Shown here piece by piece: positions 20,793 through 31,370 of a stretch of 64,000 bases of DNA. Numbering within the stretch: position 1 is the stretch's first letter; the number at the start of each line of letters is the position of its first letter. The notes under the pieces were generated by a model that worked only from the letters and a program-made list of their open reading frames with translations, had not been told where the DNA came from and searched no databases. Location: assembly GCA_965240325.2 (NCBI GenBank), contig OZ251230.1, positions 1,984,001 to 2,048,000 on the forward strand, read 5' to 3'. The position numbers were made by a program, and so were the translations under genes. This DNA comes from Rebecca billardiae RCC1528. Lineage: Eukaryota > Protista > Haptophyta.

Positions 20793-23273
20793 ATGCTCGG
20801 GCTGTTAGGGCGGTTGGTGAGCACCAATGCGGCCGCATGCCCGCGTAGCGCGTATGGGCTGCGAGTGCGCATGCCGCTTTCGCCCGCACTCGCCTGTGCT
20901 GCGCAACGGGCGACGATGCATGCGGGCGGCCCATCCCGCCGGCCAGACAACAAGATGATCAACCGGCAGCTCACGGATGCACGTGACGCGAAACGCATCC
21001 TCGAAGTGTGCGCCGCTCATGGGCACGCGTTCAACATGGTGAACGAGGCCACCGCCATCTCTCGGCTGGGTCGCCATGCGCGCACGTTGCGCGGCCACGC
21101 GCTGCGCGCCGACGAGCGCTTCGGCGCCCTCCTCGCGCGCGTGGAGCGGCGGCTTGAGGGCAAGGCAGTCGACGGCTCGACGTATAGTGCCCGCGAAGTG
21201 GCTAATGTAGCGCACGGCCTGGCCAAGCTGCGGCCAACCAAGTGTGGTGCCGAGCGCGCATTCGGCGCGATCGCGCGGGAGGCCGAGGCGCGCGTGAGCG
21301 AGTTCAATGCGCAGGGGCTGGCCAACACGTCGTGGGCGTACGCCACCGCTGGCGTGGACGCACCCGCGCTGTATGGCGCAATCGCGCGGGAGGCCGAGGC
21401 GCGCGCGAGCGAGTTCAATGCGCAGGACATGGCCAACACGGCGTGGGCGTACGCCACAGCTGGCGTGGACGCACCCGCGCTGTATGGCGCGATCGCGCGG
21501 GAGGCTGTGGCGCGCGCGAGCGAGTTCAAGGCGCAGGGGCTGGCCAACACGGCGTGGGCGTACGCCACCGCGGGCGTGGACGCACCCGCGCTGTATGGCG
21601 CGATCGCGCGGGAGGCCGTGGCGCGCGCGAGCGAGTTCAATGCGCAGGGCATGGCCAACACGGCGTGGGCGTACGCCACCGCGGGCGTGGACGCACCCGC
21701 GCTGTATGGCGCGATCGCGCGGGAGGCCGAGGCGCGCGTGAGCGAGTTCAATGCGCAGGACATGGCCAACACGGCGTGGGCGTACGCCACCGCTGGCGTG
21801 CACGCACCCGCGCTGTATGGCGCGATCGCGCGGGAGGCCGAGGCGCGCGCGAGCGAGTTCAATGCGCAGGGGCTGGCCAACACGGCGTGGGCGTACGCCA
21901 ACGCGGGCGTGGACGCACCCGCGCTGTATGGCGCGATCGCGCGGGAGGCTGTGGCGCGCGCGAGCGAGTTCAAGGCGCAGGGGCTGGCCAACACGGCGTG
22001 GGCGTACGCCACCGCGGGCGTGGACGCACCCGCGCTGTATGGCGTGATCGCGCGGGAGGCAGAGGCGCGCGTGAGCGAGTTCAATGCGCAGGACATGGCC
22101 AACACGGCGTGGGCGTACGCCACAGCTGGCGTGGACGCACCCGCGCTGTATGGCGCGATCGCGCGGGAGGCCGAGGCGCGCGCGAGCGAGTTCGATACGC
22201 AGGGGCTGGCCAACACGGCGTGGGCGTACGCCACCGCTGGCGTGGACGCACCCGCGCTGTATGGCGCGATCGCGCGGGAGGCTGTGGCGCGCGCGAGCGA
22301 GTTCAAGGCGCAGAACCTGGCCAACACGGCGTGGGCGTACGCCACCGCTGGCGTGGACGCACCCGCGCTGTATGGCGCGATCGCGCGGGAGGCCGAGGCG
22401 CGCGTGAGCGAGTTCAATGCGCAGGACATGGCCAACACGGCGTGGGCGTACGCCACAGCTGGCGTGGACGCACCCGCGCTGTATGGCGCGATCGCGCGGG
22501 AGGCCGAGGCGCGCGCGAGCGAGTTCAATGCGCAGGGGCTGGCCAACACGGCGTGGGCGTACGCCACCGCTGGCGTGGACGCACCCGCGCTGTATGGCGT
22601 GATCGCGCGGGAGGCTGTGGCGCGCGCGAGCGAGTTCAATGCGCAGAACCTGGCCAACACGGCGTGGGCGTATGCGACGGCTGCCCAGCACATGGAGCAC
22701 CTGCAGCTCGTGCTGTCCCTGTGCGAGCGATGCCTTGCTGCGCCCGGGCTGCAGGCGCAACTCAGAGTGGAGGGCCATGTCAATGTGGCGCAGGCACTGC
22801 TCACGCTGCACGTTGATCCACGCCTGCCCGTTGGCACAGCACGCACACGTGTGGAGACGATGCTGGTGCAGTGCCTGGGTCACCAGCTGCTTCGTGACGC
22901 AGCTTCACAGGCGGTGCGCCCGTCGTCATCGCAGCGGGCGCTCTCTCGCGCGCTCGCAGAGTGCGGCTGGGCGCACGAGGAGGAGGTGCGCATCGGCGAG
23001 GGCGGGCTGCTCGTCGTGGACATGGTGTGCACCGCGTCCAAGGTGGCTGTGGAGTACGATGGGCCGTCCCACTTTGTGACCGACCCGTGGACGGGCGCGC
23101 AGCGGCTCAACGGGCCCAGCCAGTGGAAGACGCGCGTGCTCGAATCGCTGGGCTGGCAGGTCGTGCGCGTGAGCTACAAGGACTACAGCGGCGGTGCATC
23201 TGGCTCAGCCTCGAAGAATGCACGCTTTGCAGAAGGGCTGGCTCGAGACTTGGTGTCGTTGTTCTCGTCCTGA
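20793..23273 (+). CDS. 37-aa-repeat (HPR/OPR-like) RAP-domain protein, copy 1 (826 aa, 12.5 repeats)
   Basis: Repeat [33 protein letters not shown](V/E)AR(A/V) at 21297-22682; RAP motif [11 protein letters not shown]...[15 protein letters not shown]. Confidence 0.9.
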   Translation: MLGLLGRLVSTNAAACPRSAYGLRVRMPLSPALACAAQRATMHAGGPSRRPDNKMINRQLTDARDAKRILEVCAAHGHAFNMVNEATAISRLGRHARTLRGHALRADERFGALLARVERRLEGKAVDGSTYSAREVANVAHGLAKLRPTKCGAERAFGAIAREAEARVSEFNAQGLANTSWAYATAGVDAPALYGAIAREAEARASEFNAQDMANTAWAYATAGVDAPALYGAIAREAVARASEFKAQGLANTAWAYATAGVDAPALYGAIAREAVARASEFNAQGMANTAWAYATAGVDAPALYGAIAREAEARVSEFNAQDMANTAWAYATAGVHAPALYGAIAREAEARASEFNAQGLANTAWAYANAGVDAPALYGAIAREAVARASEFKAQGLANTAWAYATAGVDAPALYGVIAREAEARVSEFNAQDMANTAWAYATAGVDAPALYGAIAREAEARASEFDTQGLANTAWAYATAGVDAPALYGAIAREAVARASEFKAQNLANTAWAYATAGVDAPALYGAIAREAEARVSEFNAQDMANTAWAYATAGVDAPALYGAIAREAEARASEFNAQGLANTAWAYATAGVDAPALYGVIAREAVARASEFNAQNLANTAWAYATAAQHMEHLQLVLSLCERCLAAPGLQAQLRVEGHVNVAQALLTLHVDPRLPVGTARTRVETMLVQCLGHQLLRDAASQAVRPSSSQRALSRALAECGWAHEEEVRIGEGGLLVVDMVCTASKVAVEYDGPSHFVTDPWTGAQRLNGPSQWKTRVLESLGWQVVRVSYKDYSGGASGSASKNARFAEGLARDLVSLFSS

Positions 23274-24221
23274 AGCGGGAATACAGCCGCCCCGTCGACC
23301 CGTCGCGGTCACTGGCACTGCGTCGGTGCCTGACCCGGCGCCGCCGCCCTGCCGCCGCCTGCCCGCCTGGGACGACGACCACTGCGGTCCGACGTCGGAC
23401 TCCGCAACGGTCCGCCGAGCCGCAGCAGCAGTGAGCAGAAGTCCTGCTGCGTGTGACGCTACTGATCCCCGCCCTGAAGCAATTATCTATAAATATAAGC
23501 GCGCGCATCATCATCATCATCATCATCGTCTCGGTTGTAGCCTCATGCTGCTGTCTGCTGACGACCGAGCTGCCCCTGCGTGCTGATGCGCGCTGAAAGT
23601 CGTATATAGCGCGCGTCACTCATCAGTCATCAGCGCGCTTATTCATCACTACTACTACGATGACTCATTAGCAGCGGCGGCGGCGATTGCGCTGATGATG
23701 CCGCAGCATCCTGCTGCGAATATAAGTCACGACAGTCGCGCTGCTGTATGCGACTGCTACTACTTATGCTGACGAGTCGTGCTTATTATCAGTGCGCGCG
23801 CGGCCAACCGCCCCGTGGCGGCCCACCGACGGCGGTCAGGGATAGTCTGGGCGCGCCAGCACTGAGGGCATCACTGCCCACCCATATCCGCCGAGCCCCG
23901 CCCCTCCGCGGGCGCTGGAAGCGCCGAGTGCCCGCCGCCCTCGCGGTGCCCGCGCTCGAGCCGCCCGAGGGTCCCGCGTTGGCCCGTTGCCGCCCTCCTC
24001 GTCTGCTGGCATCTCCACCAGCTTCTCAAGCTCGCCCAGGTCGTAGCCTCTGACGGTCGCCGAGCGGTCTGCTGCGCGGCAGGCGCGGCCGCCTTGGGAT
24101 CGAAGCCTGCGCGCGCCCAGCGCCCCCCGCCGCCCCGCCCCGCGCGCGCCGCTGCGCCGCTCGGCTCCGCCGGCTGCCAACGAACGGCACGGGACGGATG
24201 GCCGCTGCGCCGGGCTGGCAG

Positions 24222-24449
24222 ATCACCATCTACGCGGCCGTGACCGGCTCCGTCTTCCACGTCATCCTGGCGGACGTGCTGTACAACGCGGCGCACCTGC
24301 TGCTGCTGCTGTACAAGGTGAGCTTCGTCGAGATGAGGAAGATCGCGGCGCTCGCGCGGGAGGAGCGGGCGGCGCTGGCGGCGCACGCGCCGGCCGACGC
24401 GCCGACGACGGTGCCGCGGGCGTCGCACGATGAGCGCTATAGTTATTAG
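24222..24449 (+). pseudogene. Orphan duplicate of the MATE-like terminal exon
   Basis: Near-identical to 20095-20322, preceded by part of intron 2 only. Confidence 0.8.
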
Positions 24450-24883
24450 CAGCAGCAGCAGAGATATTCTGTAATGACGCGCGCGGGTCATCTTAAATAA
24501 GCCTGCGCGGGCAGGCTTACTGCCTCCGCGGGGCGCTGCCTGCCCGAGCGCCGCCGCCACCTGACTTTAGCGGTAGGCCGCGGCGCCGCCGAGCCCGACG
24601 GTACGACCAGGCCCAGGGCGGGGCCCGCCGCCACGCACTCGCGAGCCGCTCCCTCGGCGTCATCGCTCAGCAGCGCGCCCGCTTCTTCGAGCGCAGCGCG
24701 CACGTGCGGCGCGAGCCGCGGCAGCAGGCGCACCTGCACGCGTGCAGCGCGTTCGGCTTGGCGACGGTCGGACCGATTGGCCGCCATCGTGCCGATGACG
24801 ACCGGTGGGTTCGAGCCCGCGTGGCGCAGGCACGTGAGGCTGGTGTGTCTCACACGCGGCGTCACGGCGCACGTGCACAAGGA

Positions 24884-27364
24884 ATGCTCGGGCTGTTAGG
24901 GCGGTTGGTGAGCACCAGTGCGGCCGCATGCCCGCGTAGCGCGTATGGGCTGCGAGTGCGCATGCCGCTTTCGCCCGCACTCGCCTGTGCTGCGCAACGG
25001 GCGACGATGCATGCGGGCGGCCCATCCCGCCGGCTAGACAACAAGATGATCAACCGGCAGCTCACGGATGCACGTGACGCGAAACGCATCCTCGAAGTGT
25101 GCGCCGCGCATGGGCACACGTTCGACAAGGTGAACGAGGCCACCGCCATCTCTCGGCTGGGCCGCCATGCGCGCACGTTGCGCGGCCACGCGCTGCGTGC
25201 CGACGAGCGCTTCGGCGCCCTCCTCGCGCGCGTGGAGCGGCGGCTTGAGGGCAAGGCAGTCGACGGCTCGACGTATAGTGCCCGCGAAGTGGCTAATGTA
25301 GCGCACGGCCTGGCCAAGCTGCGGCCAACCAAGTGTGGTGCCGAGCGCGCATTCGGCGCGATCGCGCGGGAGGCCGAGGCGCGCGTGAGCGAGTTCAATG
25401 CGCAGGGGCTGGCCAACACGTCGTGGGCGTACGCCACCGCTGGCGTGGACGCACCCGCGCTGTATGGCGCAATCGCGCGGGAGGCTGTGGAGCGCGCGAG
25501 CGAGTTCAATGCGCAGAACCTGGCCAACACGGCGTGGGCGTACGCCACCGCTGGCGTGGACGCACCCGCGCTGTATGGCGCGATCGCGCGGGAGGCTGTG
25601 GCGCGCGCGAGCGAGTTCAATGCGCAGGCGCTGGCCAACACGGCGTGGGCGTACGCCACCGCGGGCGTGGACGCGCCCGCGCTGTATGGCGCGATCGCGC
25701 GGGAGGCCGAGGCGCGCGCGAGCGAGTTCAAGGCGCAGAACCTGGCCAACACGGCGTGGGCGTACGCCACAGCTGGCGTGGACGCACCCGCGCTGTATGG
25801 CGCGATCGCGCGGGAGGCTGTGGCGCGCGCGAGCGAGTTCAAGGCGCAGAACCTGGCCAACACGGCGTGGGCGTACGCCACAGCTGGCGCGGACGCGCCC
25901 GCGCTGTATGGCGCGATCGCGCGGGAGGCCGAGGCGCGCGTGGGCGAGTTCAAGGCGCAGGAGCTGGCCAACACGGCGTGGGCGTACGCCACAGCTGGCG
26001 TGGACGCACCCGCGCTGTATGGCGCGATCGCGCGGGAGGCTGTGGCGCGCGCGAGCGAGTTCAAGGCGCAGGAGCTGGCCAGCACGGCGTGGGCGTACGC
26101 CACCGCTGGCGTGGACGCACCCGCGCTGTATGGCGCGATCGCGCGGGAGGCTGTGGCGCGCGCGAGCGAGTTCAATGCGCAGAACCTGGCCAACACGGCG
26201 TGGGCGTACGCCACCGCTGGCGTGGACGCACCCGCGCTGTATGGCGCGATCGCGCGGGAGGCTGTGGCGCGCGCGAGCGAGTTCAATGCGCAGAACCTGG
26301 CCAACACGGCGTGGGCGTACGCCACAGCGGGCGTGGACGCACCCGCGCTGTATGGCGCGATCGCGCGGGAGGCCGAGGCGCGCGCGAGCGAGTTCAATGC
26401 GCAGGGGCTGGCCAACACGGCGTGGGCGTACGCCACAGCTGGCATGGACGCACCCGCGCTGTATGGCGCAATCGCGCGGGAGGCTGTGGCGCGCGCGAGC
26501 GAGTTCAAGGCGCAGAACCTGGCCAACACGGCGTGGGCGTACGCCACCGCTGGCGTGGACGCACCCGCGCTGTATGGCGCGATCGCGCGGGAGGCCGAGG
26601 CGCGCGCGAGCGAGTTCAATGCGCAGAACCTGGCCAACACGGCGTGGGCGTACGCCACAGCTGGCGTGGACGCACCCGCGCTGTATGGCGTGATCGCGCG
26701 GGAGGCTGTGGCGCGCGCGAGCGAGTTCAATGCGCAGAACCTGGCCAACACGGCGTGGGCGTATGCGACTGCTGCCCAGCACATGGAGCACCTGCAGCTC
26801 GTGCTGTCCTTGTGCGAGCGGCTCCTTGCTGCGCCTGGGCTGCAGGCGCAACTCGGAGTGGAGGACCATGTCAATGTGGCGCAGGCACTGCTCACGCTGC
26901 ACGTCGATCCACGCCTGCCCGTTGGCACAGCACGCACACGTGTGGAGACGATGCTGGTGCAGTGCCTGGGTCACCAGCTGCTTCGTGACGCAGCTTCACA
27001 GGCGGTGCGCCCGTCGTCATCGCAGCGGGCGCTCTCTCGCGCGCTCGCAGAGTGCGGCTGGGCGCACGAGGAGGAGGTGCGCATCGGCGAGGGCGGGCTG
27101 CTCGTCGTGGACATGGTGTGCACCGCGTCCAAGGTGGCTGTGGAGTACGATGGGCCGTCCCACTTTGTGACCGACCCGTGGACGGGCGCGCAGCGGCTCA
27201 ACGGGCCCAGCCAGTGGAAGACGCGCGTGCTCGAATCGCTGGGCTGGCAGGTCGTGCGCGTGAGCTACAAGGACTACAGCGGCGGTGCATCTGGCTCAGC
27301 CTCGAAGAATGCACGCTTTGCAGAAGGGCTGGCTCGAGACTTGGTGTCGTTGTTCTCGTCCTGA
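24884..27364 (+). CDS. 37-aa-repeat RAP-domain protein, copy 2 (826 aa, 12.5 repeats)
   Basis: Paralogue of copy 1 at +4091; repeats at 25388-26773. Confidence 0.9.
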   Translation: MLGLLGRLVSTSAAACPRSAYGLRVRMPLSPALACAAQRATMHAGGPSRRLDNKMINRQLTDARDAKRILEVCAAHGHTFDKVNEATAISRLGRHARTLRGHALRADERFGALLARVERRLEGKAVDGSTYSAREVANVAHGLAKLRPTKCGAERAFGAIAREAEARVSEFNAQGLANTSWAYATAGVDAPALYGAIAREAVERASEFNAQNLANTAWAYATAGVDAPALYGAIAREAVARASEFNAQALANTAWAYATAGVDAPALYGAIAREAEARASEFKAQNLANTAWAYATAGVDAPALYGAIAREAVARASEFKAQNLANTAWAYATAGADAPALYGAIAREAEARVGEFKAQELANTAWAYATAGVDAPALYGAIAREAVARASEFKAQELASTAWAYATAGVDAPALYGAIAREAVARASEFNAQNLANTAWAYATAGVDAPALYGAIAREAVARASEFNAQNLANTAWAYATAGVDAPALYGAIAREAEARASEFNAQGLANTAWAYATAGMDAPALYGAIAREAVARASEFKAQNLANTAWAYATAGVDAPALYGAIAREAEARASEFNAQNLANTAWAYATAGVDAPALYGVIAREAVARASEFNAQNLANTAWAYATAAQHMEHLQLVLSLCERLLAAPGLQAQLGVEDHVNVAQALLTLHVDPRLPVGTARTRVETMLVQCLGHQLLRDAASQAVRPSSSQRALSRALAECGWAHEEEVRIGEGGLLVVDMVCTASKVAVEYDGPSHFVTDPWTGAQRLNGPSQWKTRVLESLGWQVVRVSYKDYSGGASGSASKNARFAEGLARDLVSLFSS

Positions 27365-28312
27365 AGCGGGAATACAGCCGCCCCGTCGACCCGTCGCGGT
27401 CACTGGCACTGCGTCGGTGCCTGACCCGGCGCCGCCGCCCTGCCGCCGCCTGCCCGCCTGGGACGACGACCACTGCGGTCCGACGTCGGACTCCGCAACG
27501 GTCCGCCGAGCCGCAGCAGCAGTGAGCAGAAGTCCTGCTGCGTGTGACGCTACTGATCCCCGCCCTGAAGCAATTATCTATAAATATAAGCGCGCGCATC
27601 ATCATCATCATCATCATCGTCTCGGTTGTAGCCTCATGCTGCTGTCTGCTGACGACCGAGCTGCCCCTGCGTGCTGATGCGCGCTGAAAGTCGTATATAG
27701 CGCGCGTCACTCATCAGTCATCAGCGCGCTTATTCATCACTACTACTACGATGACTCATTAGCAGCGGCGGCGGCGATTGCGCTGATGATGCCGCAGCAT
27801 CCTGCTGCGAATATAAGTCACGACAGTCGCGCTGCTGTATGCGACTGCTACTACTTATGCTGACGAGTCGTGCTTATTATCAGTGCGCGCGCGGCCAACC
27901 GCCCCGTGGCGGCCCACCGACGGCGGTCAGGGATAGTCTGGGCGCGCCAGCACTGAGGGCATCACTACCCACCCATATCCGCCGAGCCCCGCCCCTCCGC
28001 GGGCGCTGGAAGCGCCGAGTGCCCGCCGCCCTCGCGGTGCCCGCGCTCGAGCCGCCCGAGGGTCCCGCGTTGGCCCGTTGCCGCCCTCCTCGTCTGCTGG
28101 CATCTCCACCAGCTTCTCAAGCTCGCCCAGGTCGTAGCCTCTGACGGTCGCCGAGCGGTCTGCTGCGCGGCAGGCGCGGCCGCCTTGGGATCGAAGCCTG
28201 CGCGCGCCCAGCGCCCCCCGCCGCCCCGCCCCGCGCGCGCCGCTGCGCCGCTCGGCTCCGCCGGCTGCCAACGAACGGGACGGGACGGATGGCCGCTGCG
28301 CCGGGCTGGCAG

Positions 28313-28540
28313 ATCACCATCTACGCGGCCGTGACCGGCTCCGTCTTCCACGTCATCCTGGCGGACGTGCTGTACAACGCGGCGCACCTGCTGCTGCTGC
28401 TGTACAAGGTGAGCTTCGTCGAGATGAGGAAGATCGCGGCGCTCGCGCGGGAGGAGCGGGCGGCGCTGGCGGCGCACGCGCCGGCCGACGCGCCGACGAC
28501 GGCGCCGCGGGCGTCGCACGATGAGCGCTATAGTTATTAG
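28313..28540 (+). pseudogene. Orphan duplicate of the MATE-like terminal exon
   Basis: Same translation as 20095-20322. Confidence 0.8.
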
Positions 28541-29009
28541 CAGCAGCAGCAGATATATTCTGTAATGACGCGCGCGGGTCATCTTAATAAGCCTGCGCGG
28601 GCAGGCTTACTGCCTCCGCGGGGCGCTGCCTGCCCGAGCGCCGCCGACCTGACCGGTACTGGTACGGCCGCGCCCCCGCGGCTCCGGGCCGCCACTGTAC
28701 GGACTACGGCCAGGCCCAGGGCGGGGCCCGCCGCAACGCACTCGCGAGCCGCTTCCTCGGCGTCATCACCCAGCAGCGCGCCCGCTTCTTCGAGCGCAGC
28801 GCGCACGTGCGGCGCGAGCCGCGGCAGCAGGCGCACCTGCACGCGTGCAGCGCGTTCGGCTTGGCGACGGCCACGGTCGGACCGATTTGGCCGCCATCGT
28901 GGCGATGACGACCGAAAAGCCCGCGCTGGAGCGCTGAGCCAGGCACCCGTGACGCTGGCGGAGCGGCGTGTCTTGCTACACGCGGCGTCACGGCGCACGT
29001 GGACAAGGA

Positions 29010-31157
29010 ATGCTCGGGCTGTTAGGGCGGTTGGTGAGCACCAGTGCGGCCGCATGCCCGCGTAGCGCGTATGGGCTGCGAGTGCGCATGCCGCTTTCGC
29101 CCGCACTCGCCTGTGCTGCGCAACGGGCGACGATGCATGCGGGCGGCCCATCCCGCCGGCCAGACAACAAGATGATCAACCGGCAGCTCACGGATGCACG
29201 TGACGCGAAACGCATCCTCGAAGTGTGCGCCGCGCATGGGCACGCGTTCAACATGGTGAACGAGGCCACCGCCATCTCTCGGCTGGGTCGCCATGCGCGC
29301 ACGTTGCGCGGCCACGCGCTGCGCGCCGACAAGCGCCTCGGCGCCCTCCTCGCGCGCGTGGAGCGGCGGCTTGAGGGCAAGGCAGTCGACGGCTCGACGT
29401 ATAGTGCCCGCGAAGTGGCTAACGTAGCGCACGGCCTGGCCAAGCTGCGGCCAACTAAATGTGGTGCCGAGCGCGCATTCGGCGCGATCGCGCGGGAGGC
29501 CGAGGCGCGCGTGAGCGAGTTCGATGCGCAGGCGCTGGCCAACACGGCGTGGGCGTACGCCACCGCTGGCGTGGACGCACCCGCGCTGTATGGCGCGATC
29601 GCGCGGGAGGCTGTGGCGCGCGCGAGCGAGTTCAAGGCGCAGGGGCTGGCCAACACGGCGTGGGCGTACGCCACAGCTGGCGTGGACGCACCCGCGCTGT
29701 ATGGCGCGATCGCGCGGGAGGCCGAGGCGCGCGCGAGCGAGTTCAAGGCGCAGGGGCTGGCCAACACGGCATGGGCGTACGCCACGGCTGGCGTGGACGC
29801 ACCCTTGCTGTATGGCGCGATCGCGCGGGAGGCCGAGGCGCGCGTGAGCGACTTCAATGCGCAGGACATGGCCAACACGGCGTGGGCGTATGCCACCGCT
29901 GGCGTGGACGCACCCGCGCTGTATGGCGCGATCGCGCGGGAGGCCGAGGTGCGCGCGAGCGAGTTCAAGGCGCAGGAGCTGGCGAACACGGCGTGGGCGT
30001 ACGCCACGGCTGGCGTGGACGCACCCGCGCTGTATGGCGCGATCGCGCGGGAGGCTGTGGCGCGCGTGAGCGAGTTCAAGGCGCAGGACATGGCCAACAC
30101 GGCGTGGGCGTACGCCACCGCTGGCGTGGACGCACCCGCGCTGTATGGCACGATCGCGCGGGAGGCCGAGGTGCGCGCGAGCGAGTTCAAGGCGCAGGAG
30201 CTGGCCAACACGGCGTGGGCGTACGCCACCGCTGGCGTGGACGCACCCGCGCTGTATGGCGCGATCGCGCGGGAGGCCGAGGCGCGCGCGAGCGAGTTCA
30301 ATGCGCAGAACATGGCCAACACGGCATGGGCGTACGCCACCGCTGGCGTGGACGCACCCGCGCTGTATGGCGCGATCGCACGGGAGGCCGAGGCGCGCGC
30401 GGGCGAGTTCAATGCGCAGGCCATGGCCAACACGGCGTGGGCGTACGCCACAGCTGGCGTGGACGCACCCGCGCTGTATGGCGCGATCGCGCGGGAGGCC
30501 GAGGCGCGCGCGAGCGAGTTCAATGCGCAGGCCATGGCCAACACGGCGTGGGCGTATGCGACTGCTGCCCAGCACATGGAGCATCTGCACCTCGTGCTGT
30601 CCCTGTGCGAGCGATGCCTTGCTGCGCCTGGGCTGCAGGCGCAACTCGGAATGGAGGGCCATGCCAATGTGGCGCAGGCACTGCTCACGCTGCACGTCGA
30701 TCCACGCCTGCCCGTTGGCACAGCACGCACACGTGTGGAGTCCATGCTGGCGCAGTGCCTCGGTAGCCAGCTGCTTCGTGACGCAGCTTCTCAGGCGGTG
30801 CGCCCGTCGTCATCGCAGCGAGCGCTCTCTCGCGCGCTCGCAGAGTGCGGCTGGGCGCACGAGGAGGAGGTGCGCATCGGCGAGGGCGGGCTGCTCGTCG
30901 TGGACATGGCGTGCACCGCGTCCAAGGTGGCTGTGGAGTACGATGGGCCGTCCCACTTTGTGACCGACCCGTGGACGGGCGCGCAGCGGCTCAACGGGCC
31001 CAGCCAGTGGAAGACGCGCGTGCTCGAATCGCTGGGCTGGCGGGTCGTGCGCGTGAGCTACAAGGACTACAGCGGCGGTGCATCTGGCTCAGCCTCGAAG
31101 AATGAACGCTTTGCAGAAGGGCTGGCTCGCGACTTGGTGTCGTTGTTCTCGTCCTGA
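29010..31157 (+). CDS. 37-aa-repeat RAP-domain protein, copy 3 (715 aa, 9.5 repeats)
   Basis: Repeats at 29514-30566; RAP motif intact. Confidence 0.9.
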   Translation: MLGLLGRLVSTSAAACPRSAYGLRVRMPLSPALACAAQRATMHAGGPSRRPDNKMINRQLTDARDAKRILEVCAAHGHAFNMVNEATAISRLGRHARTLRGHALRADKRLGALLARVERRLEGKAVDGSTYSAREVANVAHGLAKLRPTKCGAERAFGAIAREAEARVSEFDAQALANTAWAYATAGVDAPALYGAIAREAVARASEFKAQGLANTAWAYATAGVDAPALYGAIAREAEARASEFKAQGLANTAWAYATAGVDAPLLYGAIAREAEARVSDFNAQDMANTAWAYATAGVDAPALYGAIAREAEVRASEFKAQELANTAWAYATAGVDAPALYGAIAREAVARVSEFKAQDMANTAWAYATAGVDAPALYGTIAREAEVRASEFKAQELANTAWAYATAGVDAPALYGAIAREAEARASEFNAQNMANTAWAYATAGVDAPALYGAIAREAEARAGEFNAQAMANTAWAYATAGVDAPALYGAIAREAEARASEFNAQAMANTAWAYATAAQHMEHLHLVLSLCERCLAAPGLQAQLGMEGHANVAQALLTLHVDPRLPVGTARTRVESMLAQCLGSQLLRDAASQAVRPSSSQRALSRALAECGWAHEEEVRIGEGGLLVVDMACTASKVAVEYDGPSHFVTDPWTGAQRLNGPSQWKTRVLESLGWRVVRVSYKDYSGGASGSASKNERFAEGLARDLVSLFSS

Positions 31158-31370
31158 AGCGGGAATACGGCCGCCCCGTCGACCCGTCGCGGTCACTGGC
31201 ACTGCGTCGGTGCCTGACCCGGCGCCGCCGCCCTGCCGCCGCCTGCCCGCCTGGGACGACGGCCACTGCGGTCCGACGTCGGACTCCGCAACGGCCCGCC
31301 GAGCCGCAGCTGCAGCAGCCCTGCTGAGTGTGACGCTACTGATCCCCGCCCTGGAGCAATTATTTAAATA

